From Cenococcum geophilum (taxonomy: Eukaryota), in assembly GCA_050273025.1 (NCBI GenBank), contig CP158635.1:12958001-13022000 (forward strand): a stretch of 64,000 nucleotides of DNA, given 5' to 3'. Made by a program: the position numbers and the translations under genes. Positions 24,960 to 38,033 of the stretch are shown here, piece after piece (within the stretch, counting starts at the first letter, position 1; each line of letters begins with the position of its first letter). The notes beneath the pieces were generated by a model, which did no database searches, was not told where the DNA came from, and worked only from the letters and a program-made list of their open reading frames with translations.

Positions 24960-26400
24960 ATAAGAGTATAAGTCTATATGCCTAAGTACCGGCTGCTTAA
25001 TATCTTAAATATAAGTCCTCCCTTAACGCAAGGCAGATTAATAGGAGTTATTATACCGCCTGTATAAGGCGGAGCGCTTATAAAGGGCTTAGCTAAAATG
25101 CTAATTAAACCACCCTATAACGCACTAATAGCTCCTTTACTATAGATAGGGAGTAAATATATAAGATTAACTGGCTAAGATAAGTCTACTACTTAAGCAG
25201 TACCCTACTCCGTAAAGGGTAGGCGTTAGGAGTAAATTATATAATGCTATTCCTGCTAGGTAAGGCGTCATTAGGGGGTTATTATTGGCTTCCAGTTCTA
25301 GTTTATAATTTTATATAAACGCCTTTAAACCCTACACTATTGGGGCTATCTAAAAGCTAAATTGCCTATTTACCTTATCTTAACCTTAGGCCTAGCTTAT
25401 CAGCTATTAAGGCGATAGGAAGTTATATTAAGGCGTATAATAGGGCTTAAGTAAAGCCACGCAACTAGATAGGCATTACTGTGCAAAGTAATGCTTAACC
25501 AGCTACCTCTATATCACCGTCTTAGAATAATTAGAAGAAAGGGGTTAATACTAGCCCTTATTGTTTAATATAACCCTCCTATAAAGGCATAGCAAAGGTA
25601 GGTATAAACAGAAAGGATTATACTCCTATTATAGCCATATTATAGCGCATTTATAATACTGTACTAATATCCCTAAGTTAGTAAATTAGCTTAACTTTTA
25701 AGGCATAGTTAAAGCGGAGTCCACCATTAGCTCTCCTATTAGCTAGGTAGTAGAAAGGAGCAGGATATAAAAGGCCTTTATATCCTTTAACTAGACCTAT
25801 ATTAAGTATAGTATCCTTTAAGGAAATCCCTTCTTACTTTCTTATAAAGACACTCAAACTATTAGCTACCTTATTTCTTTAACAATAAGCCACTCAGACG
25901 CCATAATAGAGGATACCACATTATATTAGGCCAAGGTGCGCTCTAAACATTAAATCCTTTGCGGGATACCGCTAACGGAGCTAGGATATACTATATACTT
26001 CTAATCCTAAGGGCTCCGATAAGGCCGTTAATATAGTAGGGCAGGTATATAATAGTTGCTTCCCTATAGTTTTATCTAGTTAGCATTAAAATATAAGAGT
26101 AATTTAGAGAATAATAAGGCTAATATAAAAGGAACTATAAGGAAATACTTACTCCGCACTAATAAAATAAAGAAGTCGTTTTAATATAGTCCGTTTAGTA
26201 ACTCCTTCTAATAAAGCTTACCAACCCCTAGCTTACTCTATTAGGGGCAATAAAGAGACTAAGTAGCTTAGTTAATTAACTTACCTATAGGCTTAGCCAA
26301 CTTAATAGGAGAGTTAGCAGCCTTAAAAAATGCGACCGCTATATTATAAGTTATTTAGGGAAGGTTAACAATTGGATTAACAACCTAAGAAGTAACTGGA
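24960..26400 (-). pseudogene. Unidentified RIP-degenerate cargo gene that includes repeat copy 1
   Basis: Coding-like composition; minus frames readable when TAA/TAG are reverted; no family recognised. Confidence 0.35.
24986..25319. repeat. ~334-bp direct repeat, copy 1 (copy 2 at 30609-30942)
   Basis: Aligns at a constant offset of 5623 bp; differences are mostly transitions. Confidence 0.92.
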
Positions 26401-26951
26401 AAGAGATAAGAGATACTATTAAGCGGCTTTAAAATAAAATCCATACTCTTAAGAGAGGTAGTAATAAAACTTTAGATTATAGAGATAAATGGATTATAAA
26501 GGTAAGAAACAAGGTCACGGCATCTAAGAGAAAAAGGGCACGCTTAGCCTAAGGATGGAGAAGTTCGCAGAATTAAGGAGGAAATTTATTAGCTTAAATA
26601 GTACGCTCTTTAGTCTTATATTGTTTGCTTATTAAAGGAAATTTATATATTAGATTTAAGCTAGACTAGCCCCGCCCTTTATAGCAAGTGTTTACCACAT
26701 TTATATACTTAATTAGCAATAAATTAGCAAATCTAACTAAGCTTGGTGTCTAAAGTAAGCAGAACTATATTCTTCTATTATATATTTAAGTCTAGTTGCT
26801 CTACTAGCGTCTTCTTTACTAGTAGAGGATAGCATTATTCTTAAAATAGAAGTTAGTTTATGGAATAATAGAAAAAAAGGGGGCCTATAAGGGTTTCTAG
26901 GTCTAAAGGCTATAAAAACTATTTAATTTACTAATACGGTAAATACCCTGG

Positions 26952-29394
26952 CTATCTTAACCCGCGGAGTTTTACTATTACCCGTTATATCTCCCGCACA
27001 AATTTATTATAATATCCTCTTGGCTACCTACCTAGACCCTCCTTAGGTACCCGTTTTCTCTTTTAATTTAGTAAAATAACACCTAGCACAGCCCGCGGTT
27101 TTAGAACCTCGGCCCGTTTAAAGTTAATTATTATTACTTTGCTAACCTCTATATTCTAAAGCATATTATAAGGTATTACATCTTAGTGCAAAACTCCTAA
27201 TTAATGGACGGCCTAAATTAAGCGCTTAACCTATTCTATTAGGTATAGCCTATTATTACCGTTAATATATTAAGAGATTAGTTTCCCCCTAAAACTAAAG
27301 AATATTATATAAACAATCTCCGTAATACCGTTATAGAAATATAAACGGTTAAGATTGATATTTCCTAGATATACCGGTATATATATACTCTAGATTGGAC
27401 AGAGGCGCTTGTAGACAGTGGCCTTCTAATTTAGGTGGCTAATAAAGTTAATAATAGTGCATTTCGCGGCTAGGGTATATCTATATAACGTTAACCTAAC
27501 CTTAAATAAAGCCCCGCGTGTTCTATATACGCTTACTAGCTTATAATTAGTATCTAAATCTTTTAAAAGTTGCCGGCGTATAAGATTAAGGAAGGTAGGT
27601 TAGTTAATCTAATAACGGCTTCCGCCGTAATCTTATATATTTAAACACGTCTTGTTAAGTAAACCCCCCTCTACTAAGCTAAGAAGACATTTTTAAGTGT
27701 AATACCACCCACCTTTACCTCTATGGCGGGAATCGCGATTAGATAATAATCTGCTAATAGGGTCTAGGGCTTAGGGCAGAGGCTAGGGTAAGGACCGCTA
27801 AGATAGACAGCTTAGAGTATTAGGATTAAACTTATTATTACTAGGCTCGCTTTAATCCTATAATAGGTAATACTAGGGGGAACTAGTTAACGTTGCTCTA
27901 GGTTAAAGCTGGATAGGTAATATATAAAAAAATTATTTTGCCTAGGTGCCCAGTACTCTAATAAAAGCGTATTATATATAGGAATTGTATCTAGTAGATT
28001 ATTATAGATTACCTCCTAGCTTTTTAGTTAAGCGGCCATATTAGTCCGCCAATTTTAACTTTAAGGCGGCGTCTTTAGCGCCTAAAGGGTAAATACTAGC
28101 ATCTGTCTGACGGCGGTTAAATGTAATTAATTTCCCCTATCTAAATCCAGTGCCCATCCAGTTGTCTCCCTAACGTTACCCTTAGGGATAGATAGGAAGT
28201 AGTAAACTATTTTAGGATTATAGGGCACTTATAGAAAGATAAATACTTCGCTAGTGTAAATGCACCTATACTTTAGTCCAGCCTAGACCATATAAGAAAA
28301 GGCCTAAGTAATAATGGCAGCGACTAGGCGACGGAAGTAGTCCTATAGGCTGTCAATCTTATAGCAATAGACTACTTCCTTAAGTTTTATATTATTAAGA
28401 CCCTTATAGATATAGCCAAGAGTTAGTTTATAGGGAGCCTTATACTTAATAATAAAGGTAGTAATATAATGCTCTGTGTTTTAAGTCTTGCTAGAAGTGT
28501 TATATACGCAGAACTAATCTATATAAGGACGCAATAACCTTACTAATTCTGCTATTGCTGTAGCCGTAGGCTCGGCTAGGCTAGCTAAGCTTATCCGCTT
28601 AGCCTAGGCTTAAAGACGGGGTAACCGCCGTCGTTAGTTCCTAGATATACTTATTTATTATATCCTCCTTTATCCGCTATTCCGGGCTAAGAGTATTAGT
28701 ATAATTTTTCTAACCCTTTTAGGCGGAACTTCCGCCGAAGCGTTGGATTATTATAAAGTTGTTTAATAATTAATAATATATAGTCCTTAACGGTATAGCG
28801 CTAAAAGTAATTTAAGTCTAGCTTAGAACTTATTATCCTCTAGTAGATAGCCTCCCTAGACTCTTTTAATATGTATAGTGAAGTAAAGTGCTATTCTAGT
28901 ATAAAATCTAATCCTATAAGGTCGTTCTAGATGGCTTTCTGCTATACTAGAAAATCTTCTTATACTTAAATCCTTTTAGGGCGAATCTTATTATTCGCAT
29001 TAGTAGGGTCGCCCTATATTAATAACGTCGCATTAGTTTAAATAGTAAGGCCTAAGTAAAGGTAGGTATAACAGGCGTTAAGAAACTTAGGTAGTATTGT
29101 CTTACAGATTTTCCCCTTAGCTTCTTCCCGGGCTTGCTCTTCTTCTTACTATTTATATTATTCTTCTTCCTATACGCGCTCTGCTTCTTCCTATATACGC
29201 TCCACTTCTTCCTATATACGCTCTACTTCTTCCTATACGCGCTCTACTTCTTCCTATACGCGCTCCGCTTCTTCTTATTTATACTACTCTTTTTCTCATC
29301 TACGCTGCTCTTCTTATCGTCCGTATTGCTCTTCTTGCCGTTTACGTTACTCTTTAAGGAAAAGCTGTTTATAATCGGGTGACTGTTAGACCAT
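26952..29394 (-). pseudogene. Spok-like protein (N-terminal coiled coil, PD-(D/E)XK nuclease, Cys cluster, kinase-like domain), RIP-degenerate
   Basis: ATG at 29394. EEAERV.EEE heptad-like repeats, KTILPKFLNACY.YL, GDPTNANNKIRP, D*FCVY, FIIKYKAPYKL (IEYKAPHKL), *AFSYMV, ATVYKRLCPI*.IYIPVYLGNINL, GVLH.D..P.NML, IINFKRA (IDFERA). Domain order matches the Spok family. Confidence 0.85.
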
Positions 29395-30059
29395 ATTATA
29401 GTGGCGATAATAATAATAACGGGAGAGTATATAGGGGAGAGTTTTGTTTATAGCGGATAGGCAATTTAGGCGGAGCGGATTAATAGAAATATTTAAACGG
29501 TTTTACTAATAATCCGGAACCCGTAATAAATAGCTAAGTTAAAAACGGATGCAAATTTTAAGCTCTACGCTAGCGTCCTCTTTAGCCTCGCTATATTTAA
29601 GCCTTATATATTATATACAAATCTATAAAGATCCTAAAACTAAAAATAAAAGAAATATATAAGACCAGCTCTAGAAATATTAAAGAAATTCCCATATAAT
29701 AACTCCTATAAACCTTGTAACGACTTAAAGCCCCCTTATATATACTTAAAGAAGTCCCTATATAAACAGCCCTATAAGCGTAGCTATAAGTCTAAGCCCC
29801 CTTACGTAACCTAACTACCCCTCCCCACCATACTGGAATAGACGAATAACCGCTATATATAGTAAGTAGAGAAATAATTTAAATAAAAAGAAAACACTAT
29901 AAAATAACATATTTATATCCTTAAGGTATAAATCCATAAGAACTGTAGTCTTAAACACAACTAATAGTTGCTAAGGCGGCATATGTTCCAGGTCCATAAG
30001 AAATACAAAAAATCCTAGGTCGCTAGCATAGATTTATATTCTATTATTGCTTTTAAGGT

Positions 30060-30980
30060 AGTAAATAAACTTATCTAAGGGAAGGCATAGATTGTTATAA
30101 ATGCTTTATAGCTTGCTATAAGTCAAGCGGGCAGAGACTTTAGTGGGAATAGTAAAATATTATTTTATTTCGCGATAGGCTAAATAAAGAGAGGCTAAAG
30201 TTTTAACCCTTTTACCAGCTTTTATTAGAACTCTTCTTTGCATTTATATCTTATACTTATAGATTTAGGACTATAAAGCCAAGGCCACCGTATAGCCTCG
30301 TCGCTTAATATCTCTTTATTACTGTCTACCTATATTTCTTAACCTTTAGTACTAAAACGATTTTCTCCGCTATATAATATCTCTACGTCCCATTCTTAAT
30401 CCTCATTACTAGAGTTACTCTCCCAACCAGTTAACGCCTCTACGTTGCCGTTACTATTTCTAAAGTCGATTTCTCTATCTATAAACGCCTACTTACTAGC
30501 TAACGATTTAGGGACGCTATATTTATAGGTACTTAGGGTTACGGGATACCACTTAAAGAGAAATTGTAGTTAATATTGTTGGGATATAGAATAAGCCTGT
30601 GGGCCTCCGTACTAGTTACTTAGCGCCTTAAATATAAGTCCTCCCTTAGCGCAAGGCAGATTAGTAGGAGTTATTATACCGCCTATATAAGGCGGGGTAT
30701 TTATAAAGGGCTTAGCTAGGATACTAACTAAGCCTCCTAGCAGCGCACTAACAGCTCCTTTACCATAGATAGGGAGTCAACATACAAGATTAACTGGCTG
30801 GGGTAAGTCTACTACTTAAGCAGTGTCTTGCTCCGTAAAGGACGGGCGTTAGAAGTAAATTATATAATATTACTCCTACTAAGGGAGGCGTTATTAGGGG
30901 ATTATTATTGCCTTCTAGTTCTAGTTCACAACTTTATATAAATTTCACTAAACTCTGCTAGGGCATGCGGCGTCCATTAG
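30060..30980 (-). pseudogene. Unidentified cargo gene relic that includes repeat copy 2
   Basis: Readable minus frame downstream of the repeat (DREIDFRNSNGNVEALTGWESNSSNED*EWDVEIL). Confidence 0.35.
30609..30942. repeat. ~334-bp direct repeat, copy 2
   Basis: Matches 24986-25319. Confidence 0.92.
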
Positions 30981-31329
30981 GGATCGTTAGTTATTTATAT
31001 TTAGTAACAGCTTAGCTAATAGCTACTTCCTAATAATACCTCACTTATAGATCACCCTAGGCGCCTATAGTCTTGGGTGTAGATAATATATAAGCTAAGA
31101 GTAATCACAGCTACTAAATATTATACCACAGATACTACATAAAGTGGGAGAGGGCGGCTAGTATGCTCTGTCTTTCCCTTCTACCTTCTATCCTAACTCC
31201 GCCCTAGGAGAGAAAATAAAATATAAATATTATACTCCTAGCTCTTATATGCCATTAATTTAACTTACCTTTAAATTTAACCTCTTAACCATATATCCCT
31301 TACCGTCCTTATAAGAATACTAAACATTA

Positions 31330-32312
31330 TATATATTACCTTAACTAAGTTTAGGTACGTTGCTAATATAACCTATAAGTCCTTAATTAGGGAAAAAATC
31401 ACTATATATTATCGTCCCGGAGATAATATACCTAATTACCAACCTACTAGGGACCTTAAATTCTAGAATTGCATCAATAACAAGGACATGGCATCTACTA
31501 GTAGGGAGAAGAAATAATCGCAGCTTTTTAACCCTATGTAAAAATAGATGCCTTATACGCCCACTTAAATACCTAATAAAGTCAATTTTTACGAAAATAA
31601 CAATAATATAAAGGGCGGTACATAAGAGGATACGGTTTAGGAAGGTGTATAAAAAATATACCTTAATTATTTTAGGGGATTAGAAGGCCACGGTAAAGAT
31701 ATGATAGGCTTACCTAAGCTAATAAAGGACCATAGTAAGGCCAAGATAGACTCGCCTTAACTGGCGGATACAGCCACGGTTTTTAAACGTGTTTTGCCGG
31801 TAACTCTAGGTATATTTATAAGACCCCTATATTTATTTAGCAATACTAATAAGTAAGTAAAGAATAGCTTAGCTAATCTTATAACCTTTCTTAGAGTTAC
31901 ATCTCCCCTATTTAAAGTATTAACGATATCTAATGCCACGATTTCGCGCGGATAACTAAAGTATCTTATCTTATAGTTGCCTTCTTATTATATAATAGAG
32001 GACTAAAGACGTCTCTAAAGCCCCAGTTATAAAGCAATTATATCTACATTCGGCCCTGTCGTAGTAATATACTAGTACTCTACCTAGGTTTTAGTTGTGG
32101 ACATACCGCAAGAGAGACTTATAATGTACTATACTAAAAACCCTTATTTCCTCTGTCGTTATACTAAAATATATAAACCGCTTAAAGATGTTATAATAGA
32201 GATAGTTAAGAGGGCGTTAAAGGATTCATTAAAAGAGCTATTAGGGAGAAGGATACGTAAGAGAAAGGCGGTTTATACTAAAGATAGAGGTTCTAAGAAG
32301 CCTAAGAAATAA
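31330..32312 (+). pseudogene. Unidentified cargo gene with a basic, NLS-like C-terminus
   Basis: ORF remnant 32097-32312 ends RRIRKRKAVYTKDRGSKKPKK*; the upstream frame is interrupted by RIP-type stops. Confidence 0.4.
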
Positions 32313-33578
32313 TAAATTTCTTATAAGGAAAGACTTTCGCAATCACGTTAATTTCTTTTAGCATTTATTAAGGATTAAGGCGTTAATTAGGATTTCCTTA
32401 GCTTGGTATTTTGTTTCTATACAGTTGCTTCTATATTAAGAATCTCTCGTTATTATCCGTACGTAAAGAAATAAATTCTTATATATTGGATTAAAGTTGG
32501 AGACTCGCTTATAGCAAGCTAAATAAGTCCTCCACCTTTATATGCTTGGTAGTGATGAGTTAGCCGCCCTATAACTTGCTTAGTCCTTAAGGTCGTCATT
32601 TTCCGATCTAAATACCTTAGAATTAACCTTTATTGACCCATCCTCTTTAACCTAGTCAAAATGTGCTAGAGTCTTCTTAACTAGAACAGGATAGAACCTT
32701 TCCTTTAAAATAGTTAATATATTCTATATAGTAATAGAGAGAAAAGGGCCTACTAGGTCTTATAGGTTTAGAGGCTATAAAGATTAATCTATAGATGTAT
32801 AAATATAAAATCGACCATTGCGCCATATAAGGATATAGCAATCTGCGTCAAAGTGTCGCTTTAATCTATTAGCCTTTTCTAAGAAGGTCCCCTTTTGCTT
32901 TTAAAAATTCTCATTTACGGCTCGCTTTAACCTTAATAGTAATCTTTGCTTTAGACACATAACTATAATAAATAATTAACGGCTTGGTAGCTCTCTGGTG
33001 TTTTTATAGGATAACTAGCGTATAGGTTAACTAAATATTATATTAATAAGATAGGAATGTTAAGAGTAAATATAGGATATATCCCTTAATATTAGCCTAA
33101 GTTGCGGCTTTAAAAACTAAATCTTATTCTAAGGACTGGGTCCAATTCTAAAGACTATATTCTAATTCTAATGACTATATCCCGAGTCTGTTTTTAGGAA
33201 CGGGCCAGTTAACTATTAGGAACCTCTACTAAGCTAAATACACTAAATACGGCTAAAAAGGTAAAGTGGTTAAGCAAGCGGCTTAATAGTCTTAGAAGAG
33301 TAAGCATAGGGCTATTTTTACCCTAGCTTAAATCGCGATCTTAAAACTAAACCTAACCCTAGAAGACAGCTAATTAACTATTATAAAAGGGCACAATCCT
33401 AAAAACTGGATCCGGTTTTAAGAAACTAGATCCTAGTTTTAGGAAATAGGTCGATTAACCGCTATATAAAGAAGTTAACTGTCTGTATTTAACATATTAG
33501 GTTTAGCCTATTTTAAGACCAGCCATATAATTGTCTGTTAGCGCTTATATAACTAACCCCAGGAAACCCACTCTTAGG

Positions 33579-33626
33579 AGCCCTACTATATTAAAGCCTT
33601 ACGCGTTACGGAATAAACTAAAACTA
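33579..33626. repeat. 48-bp direct repeat, left of the ankyrin gene
   Basis: AGCCCTACTATATTAAAGCCTTACGCGTTACGGAATAAACTAAAACTA; second copy at 35593-35640 differs by four transitions. Confidence 0.9.
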
Positions 33627-34313
33627 GTTATCGTAGCTTAGTATTTAACTAAGCCCTACGAAGCCTTAGTCTAAGCCGCGTTAGGTTAGCTTAACTTTTC
33701 TACACCCAATCTTTAATCTTTAGTATTTACTCCCACCTTACTTCCTTCCTTATACTTTTCTCCCTAGTTATTTCCTTATTATAAGACGCGCTTAACGTGT
33801 TCTTAGCCTCCCTATACTTATCTACCATTATACCGTCCTTATATACTAGCCTCTTTAATCTTTCCTCCTTGCCTACCTATCCGCCTGCCATGCGGCCCTC
33901 CTAATATAGCTCTTAGCGCGTTTGCTTATAATAGTAAATCTCTCTAGATTAGAGATAATTAAAACGAAGCCTATTAGGGAAGGACTAAATAACTTTTATA
34001 ATTTATTTAACTTAACTTATTAGGATCTAGGCACCCTAGCTCTCTAGCGTAGTATTATATACACTTAGTTAGATTAACAGTGCACGCCCTCCTACTAAAG
34101 AAATCCTTTTTATTTTCCCGTTTTTTAGTTTTATTTTCGGTTTCCTAAATCCCTAATCCCAACTTTAAAATATCTTTTTATTTAACGTTTAGTAAAAATA
34201 AGTAATAATAGTCTAACAGAATAAATACCTCTTACGCTACCTTCCCCCCATAGACATATTTTAAATCCTTTTACAGTAAAGGGTAATCTACCTCACATTC
34301 GCCAGTTTAAGTT

Positions 34314-35425
34314 ATGGGACTTATATCCTTAAAATATACTTTAAATACTACCATATAGCCAGCTACTTAGATAGTAAGCCTTCTACTACCGGATTTCTAT
34401 TACTTATTTAGATCCTACTAGCATAGAGCTAATATATATGTCTCTCTTCGTCTAGAAATACCACTGCTTTTGTTAATAAACAAATTACCACAGCGCTTTA
34501 AAAGTTTAGCGTTATTACAGGCTGTGGAATATAGATAAGAAGCAGAGTCTTATATTCTACTAGAAGTAGGAGCTAACATCTAAGCAATAGACGATTTTGG
34601 TTGGACGCCGCTGTTACTAGCTATAAGTAATGGTCACGAGGCGGTAGTAAAGATACTTCTTGCACGGGATAACATTAATCCAAACTCCAAGGATAAATTT
34701 AGGGCTACGCCACTGTTATTAGCCGCAGAATATAGAAGTAAGATAGTAGTAGAGCTATTACTTATACGGGATAACGTTAACTTGGTTCCTAAGAGCGCTT
34801 TTAGAGATATACCGCTATTATAGGCCGCAATAAACGGGCATAAGGGGGTAGTAAAGCTACTGCTCGCGTAGGATAGTGTTAGCCTAAACCATAAGGGCTT
34901 CTATAATTAAACACCGCTATTAGTAGCTACAGAACGCGGGTATAAGGTAATAGTAAAGCTACTGCTTATAAAGGATAGTATTAGCCTAAACTCTACCAAT
35001 ATTAAAGGTCGGACTTCGCTCTTATAGGCTATAGAGAGTGGAAAAAAGGGGATAGTAAAGCTACTGCTTACGTAGAAAAGCGTTAACTCTAATTTTAAGG
35101 ATAGTAATAGTCGGACACCACTCTTATAGGCTGCTTAATAGGCACGTAAAACTATAGTAAAACTATTACTTAAGGACGGCGTTGACGCGAAATCTAAGGA
35201 TAAATATAGTGAAACGCCGTTGTAGTGGGCAGCGGAGGGCTAGCATAAGATAAGAGAAATATATTTATCAAATACGCGGCTAGTAGGGTTAATAGATAAG
35301 ATATATAAGCTAGTGGTTTAGCTGCTGCTTAAAAAGGATAACGATGTAGACTTTAACACTATATATACTTAACTTTCCTATAAATTAGAAAACTAGTCAC
35401 CAAGAAAGAGCAAAGGCTATAGTTA
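34314..35425 (+). pseudogene. Ankyrin-repeat protein (about 7-8 repeats), RIP-degenerate
   Basis: GWTPLLLAISNGHEAVVKILL, ATPLLLAAEY, PLL*AAINGHKGVVKLLL, RTPLL*AA, ETPL*WAAEG, spaced ~100 bp apart. Confidence 0.92.
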
Positions 35426-35592
35426 ACTTTCTTATACTAAGTAAACTGTTATCGCTGACTTTAATATTGTTCTCTTTCCTACCTATCTTCATGCTAGCTG
35501 CCTCCCAATTTTGCATCGCTATTAAGTCACGGGGGCGTAGCCTTATCTAAGAGATATCCAGCGATCTCTTAGCAGCCCTAGTAGATCGCGTA

Positions 35593-35640
35593 AGCCCTAC
35601 TATATTAGAGCCTTACGCGTTATAGAACAAACTAAAACTA
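35593..35640. repeat. 48-bp direct repeat, right of the ankyrin gene
   Basis: Matches 33579-33626. Confidence 0.9.
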
Positions 35641-36049
35641 ATAGGTATAATTAGTTATAGACTAGAAAACGCTGCATATCTACACTAATTGTTAAAAAGT
35701 CGCCGTCCATTTCCATTATTCACCACCCCTTTAAAAATTTATTATTTAGTGTCCTTTTTTAAGTAAATTTGCCGCATTTAAGATCCTAATTTATATAGTC
35801 TTAGCGCTTAAAGCAGCACCGAAGGATTAAGCCGTAGCGCCCACATTATTCCCACCTGCGCCCTATACCTTACTGTTTTCGCTAAAACCGGAACAATAGG
35901 GCTTTTTTTTTAAAAAAATTCAGGAAGTTACGCGATGCTATTGCCGCCAATAATTAAACTTTTAAATTTATTGTTTACTGTTTCTTTAAACGTTCCAATA
36001 GCCCTTTTAATAGGCCTTTAATAGGTCTATTTTACCTTCAATTAATAAA

Positions 36050-38033
36050 GGAATTATTATTAGCTCTCTCTATTATCGCCATCTCCTTTAGTTTCTATTT
36101 TTTTTACCTATAGCAGACTGTGCTAACTTTGTAGTTCAACAGCTACCTCTAAACCTTTACTAACTATCCTCTAAAGTGCTTGCTTATTAGATTAAGCCTA
36201 AAGCCTTAACGTCTGCTATTAGAAGACATTTTTTACTTTCTTTAGGCGTAAGATAAATATTCCTATAAGCATCCTTAATCTTGGATTCAATTAGCATTTA
36301 CCCTTTTACTTTTAATTTACTATAGATTACAGGCGACCCACCATTTCCCAAAAGGACTCTACTATTAGGATTTTAGCTTATTTATAACCACGTATTAATA
36401 TAATATACGTTTCCTATTACTATTAAATTATAGTATAAAACCTAAATTAAAAAAGCGATTGGATGAGTAGGTTTACCTAAAATATACCTATATAACTGCT
36501 CCTCACTATAATTAGAGTCACGATAGTGCTTATAGATAATCCATCCAAACAAGATATATGTTCAGTTACCCTTTTTCTAGCCCTTACAATTACTAATAGC
36601 GTTATTAAGGGAATCTAAAGTATATTAAATCTATCTCTACTCTAATCTAATACCTTAAATGGATTCTTCCAATTATCCTTTAACGCGGGTACAGATAAGA
36701 TTCCTATACTGCGACCAACATGCCCTATAGGGAGTATAGCGGCCAACTTTATAATAAAACCAGTAGTGCTATAAGATATAATTAAAGAGCTTATAAAACG
36801 TGGGTGCTATAAGCGCATATTAGCGGCCTTACTAAAGAATAACTATAAAGCCTATAGGAAAGAAGCAAATGCGTGGAAAAGTAAGGCAATATATTATTTG
36901 TGCAGCCCTATACTAACATTTTAAAACCAATAGAAGCTATTAGACAAGCTATTACTAAGCTAGTTGTATTCGTAAGAGGACAAGAAGAGCAAATTTTAAG
37001 CCTTTTATAGTTAAACTTAATTCCTACAGAGGTTACTAGTGCTTAAACTTTTAAAGCTAAGCTTAGGGATATCAAATTGCCTTAAAAACTTAAATATTTA
37101 CTAAAATATAAGCCCTTAAGATATAAAGTTATTTATAGCTTCTATTATAATCAGCATTGTACCCTTAGTAAAATTATTTAACTATTAGTGGAAATAGCAA
37201 ATGGCGCATAATATACCGTTTATTTTCCGGAGGCTAAGCCTAATATTATAGGTTGCTGTCCATAGTACAAAAAGCGCCTACTAAGGTAAGACTTTAGCTT
37301 GGTATAGGAAGGCGTTTACTTATCTTTTAATAAGATTCTAATAAAGTTATATCTACTCTGTTACCGCTAAGAGAGCAAAGCTTTAGCTACTAAGGAAATT
37401 CTAACAGCGTAACTTAAAGACTACGTGCCAAAATACCTTTAGGCTAGCTGCTCTACTTTATTTAAGTATACTAGCATTAATGTCGCCAAATAGGTCGCAT
37501 CCTATATTACCAGCTATTTACTATCTACGGCCCTAGAGTGTTGTTTATGGAATAGGTACCTCCGCCCTATAGAAAACTATATTAAACTTAGCTTACACCT
37601 CTTTTAGGACTATAGTATTCTATATAAGCTAACTTTACTAATAAATGTATATTTCTGTTATAAATGTTCTCTATAGATAGAAATAGACTTAAATTAGGCT
37701 AATTATTGTTCTAGCTACCTTTAAATCCCTCCTATATTCTTCGGCCTTGTATATACTTACGGAATTGTTACTATTACTAGGCGCTGCCTATTTTACTTTA
37801 GCTAATTAGAATATTAATAATTTCCAAAGCCGCGTTACTTTAACGTATATATTAACTAGTATATAAATAAGTTACCTAAGGGGGTAGTAAACTGTTTAGT
37901 GTGTAAGTATACCTCCTAGAACCCTTATAAGTTATAAAATTACTTAGATAAAATTTATAGAGTTTATCCTATAGGTATAGGACAAAGCCTAAAACGTAAA
38001 AGAGAGAGAAGTAACGGAGGAGGAGATATATGA
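36050..38033 (+). pseudogene. Unidentified cargo gene with possible C-terminal C2H2-like fingers and NLS
   Basis: 3' end reads NCLVCKYTS*NPYKL*NYLDKIYRVY (de-RIP C..C...H....H), then KRKRER and a TGA stop. Confidence 0.4.

Noticed and set aside
29134..29382. Hydrophobic F/L-rich + ORF resembling a membrane protein
   Set aside because: It is the antisense of the Glu/Arg coiled-coil repeat of the Spok-like gene.
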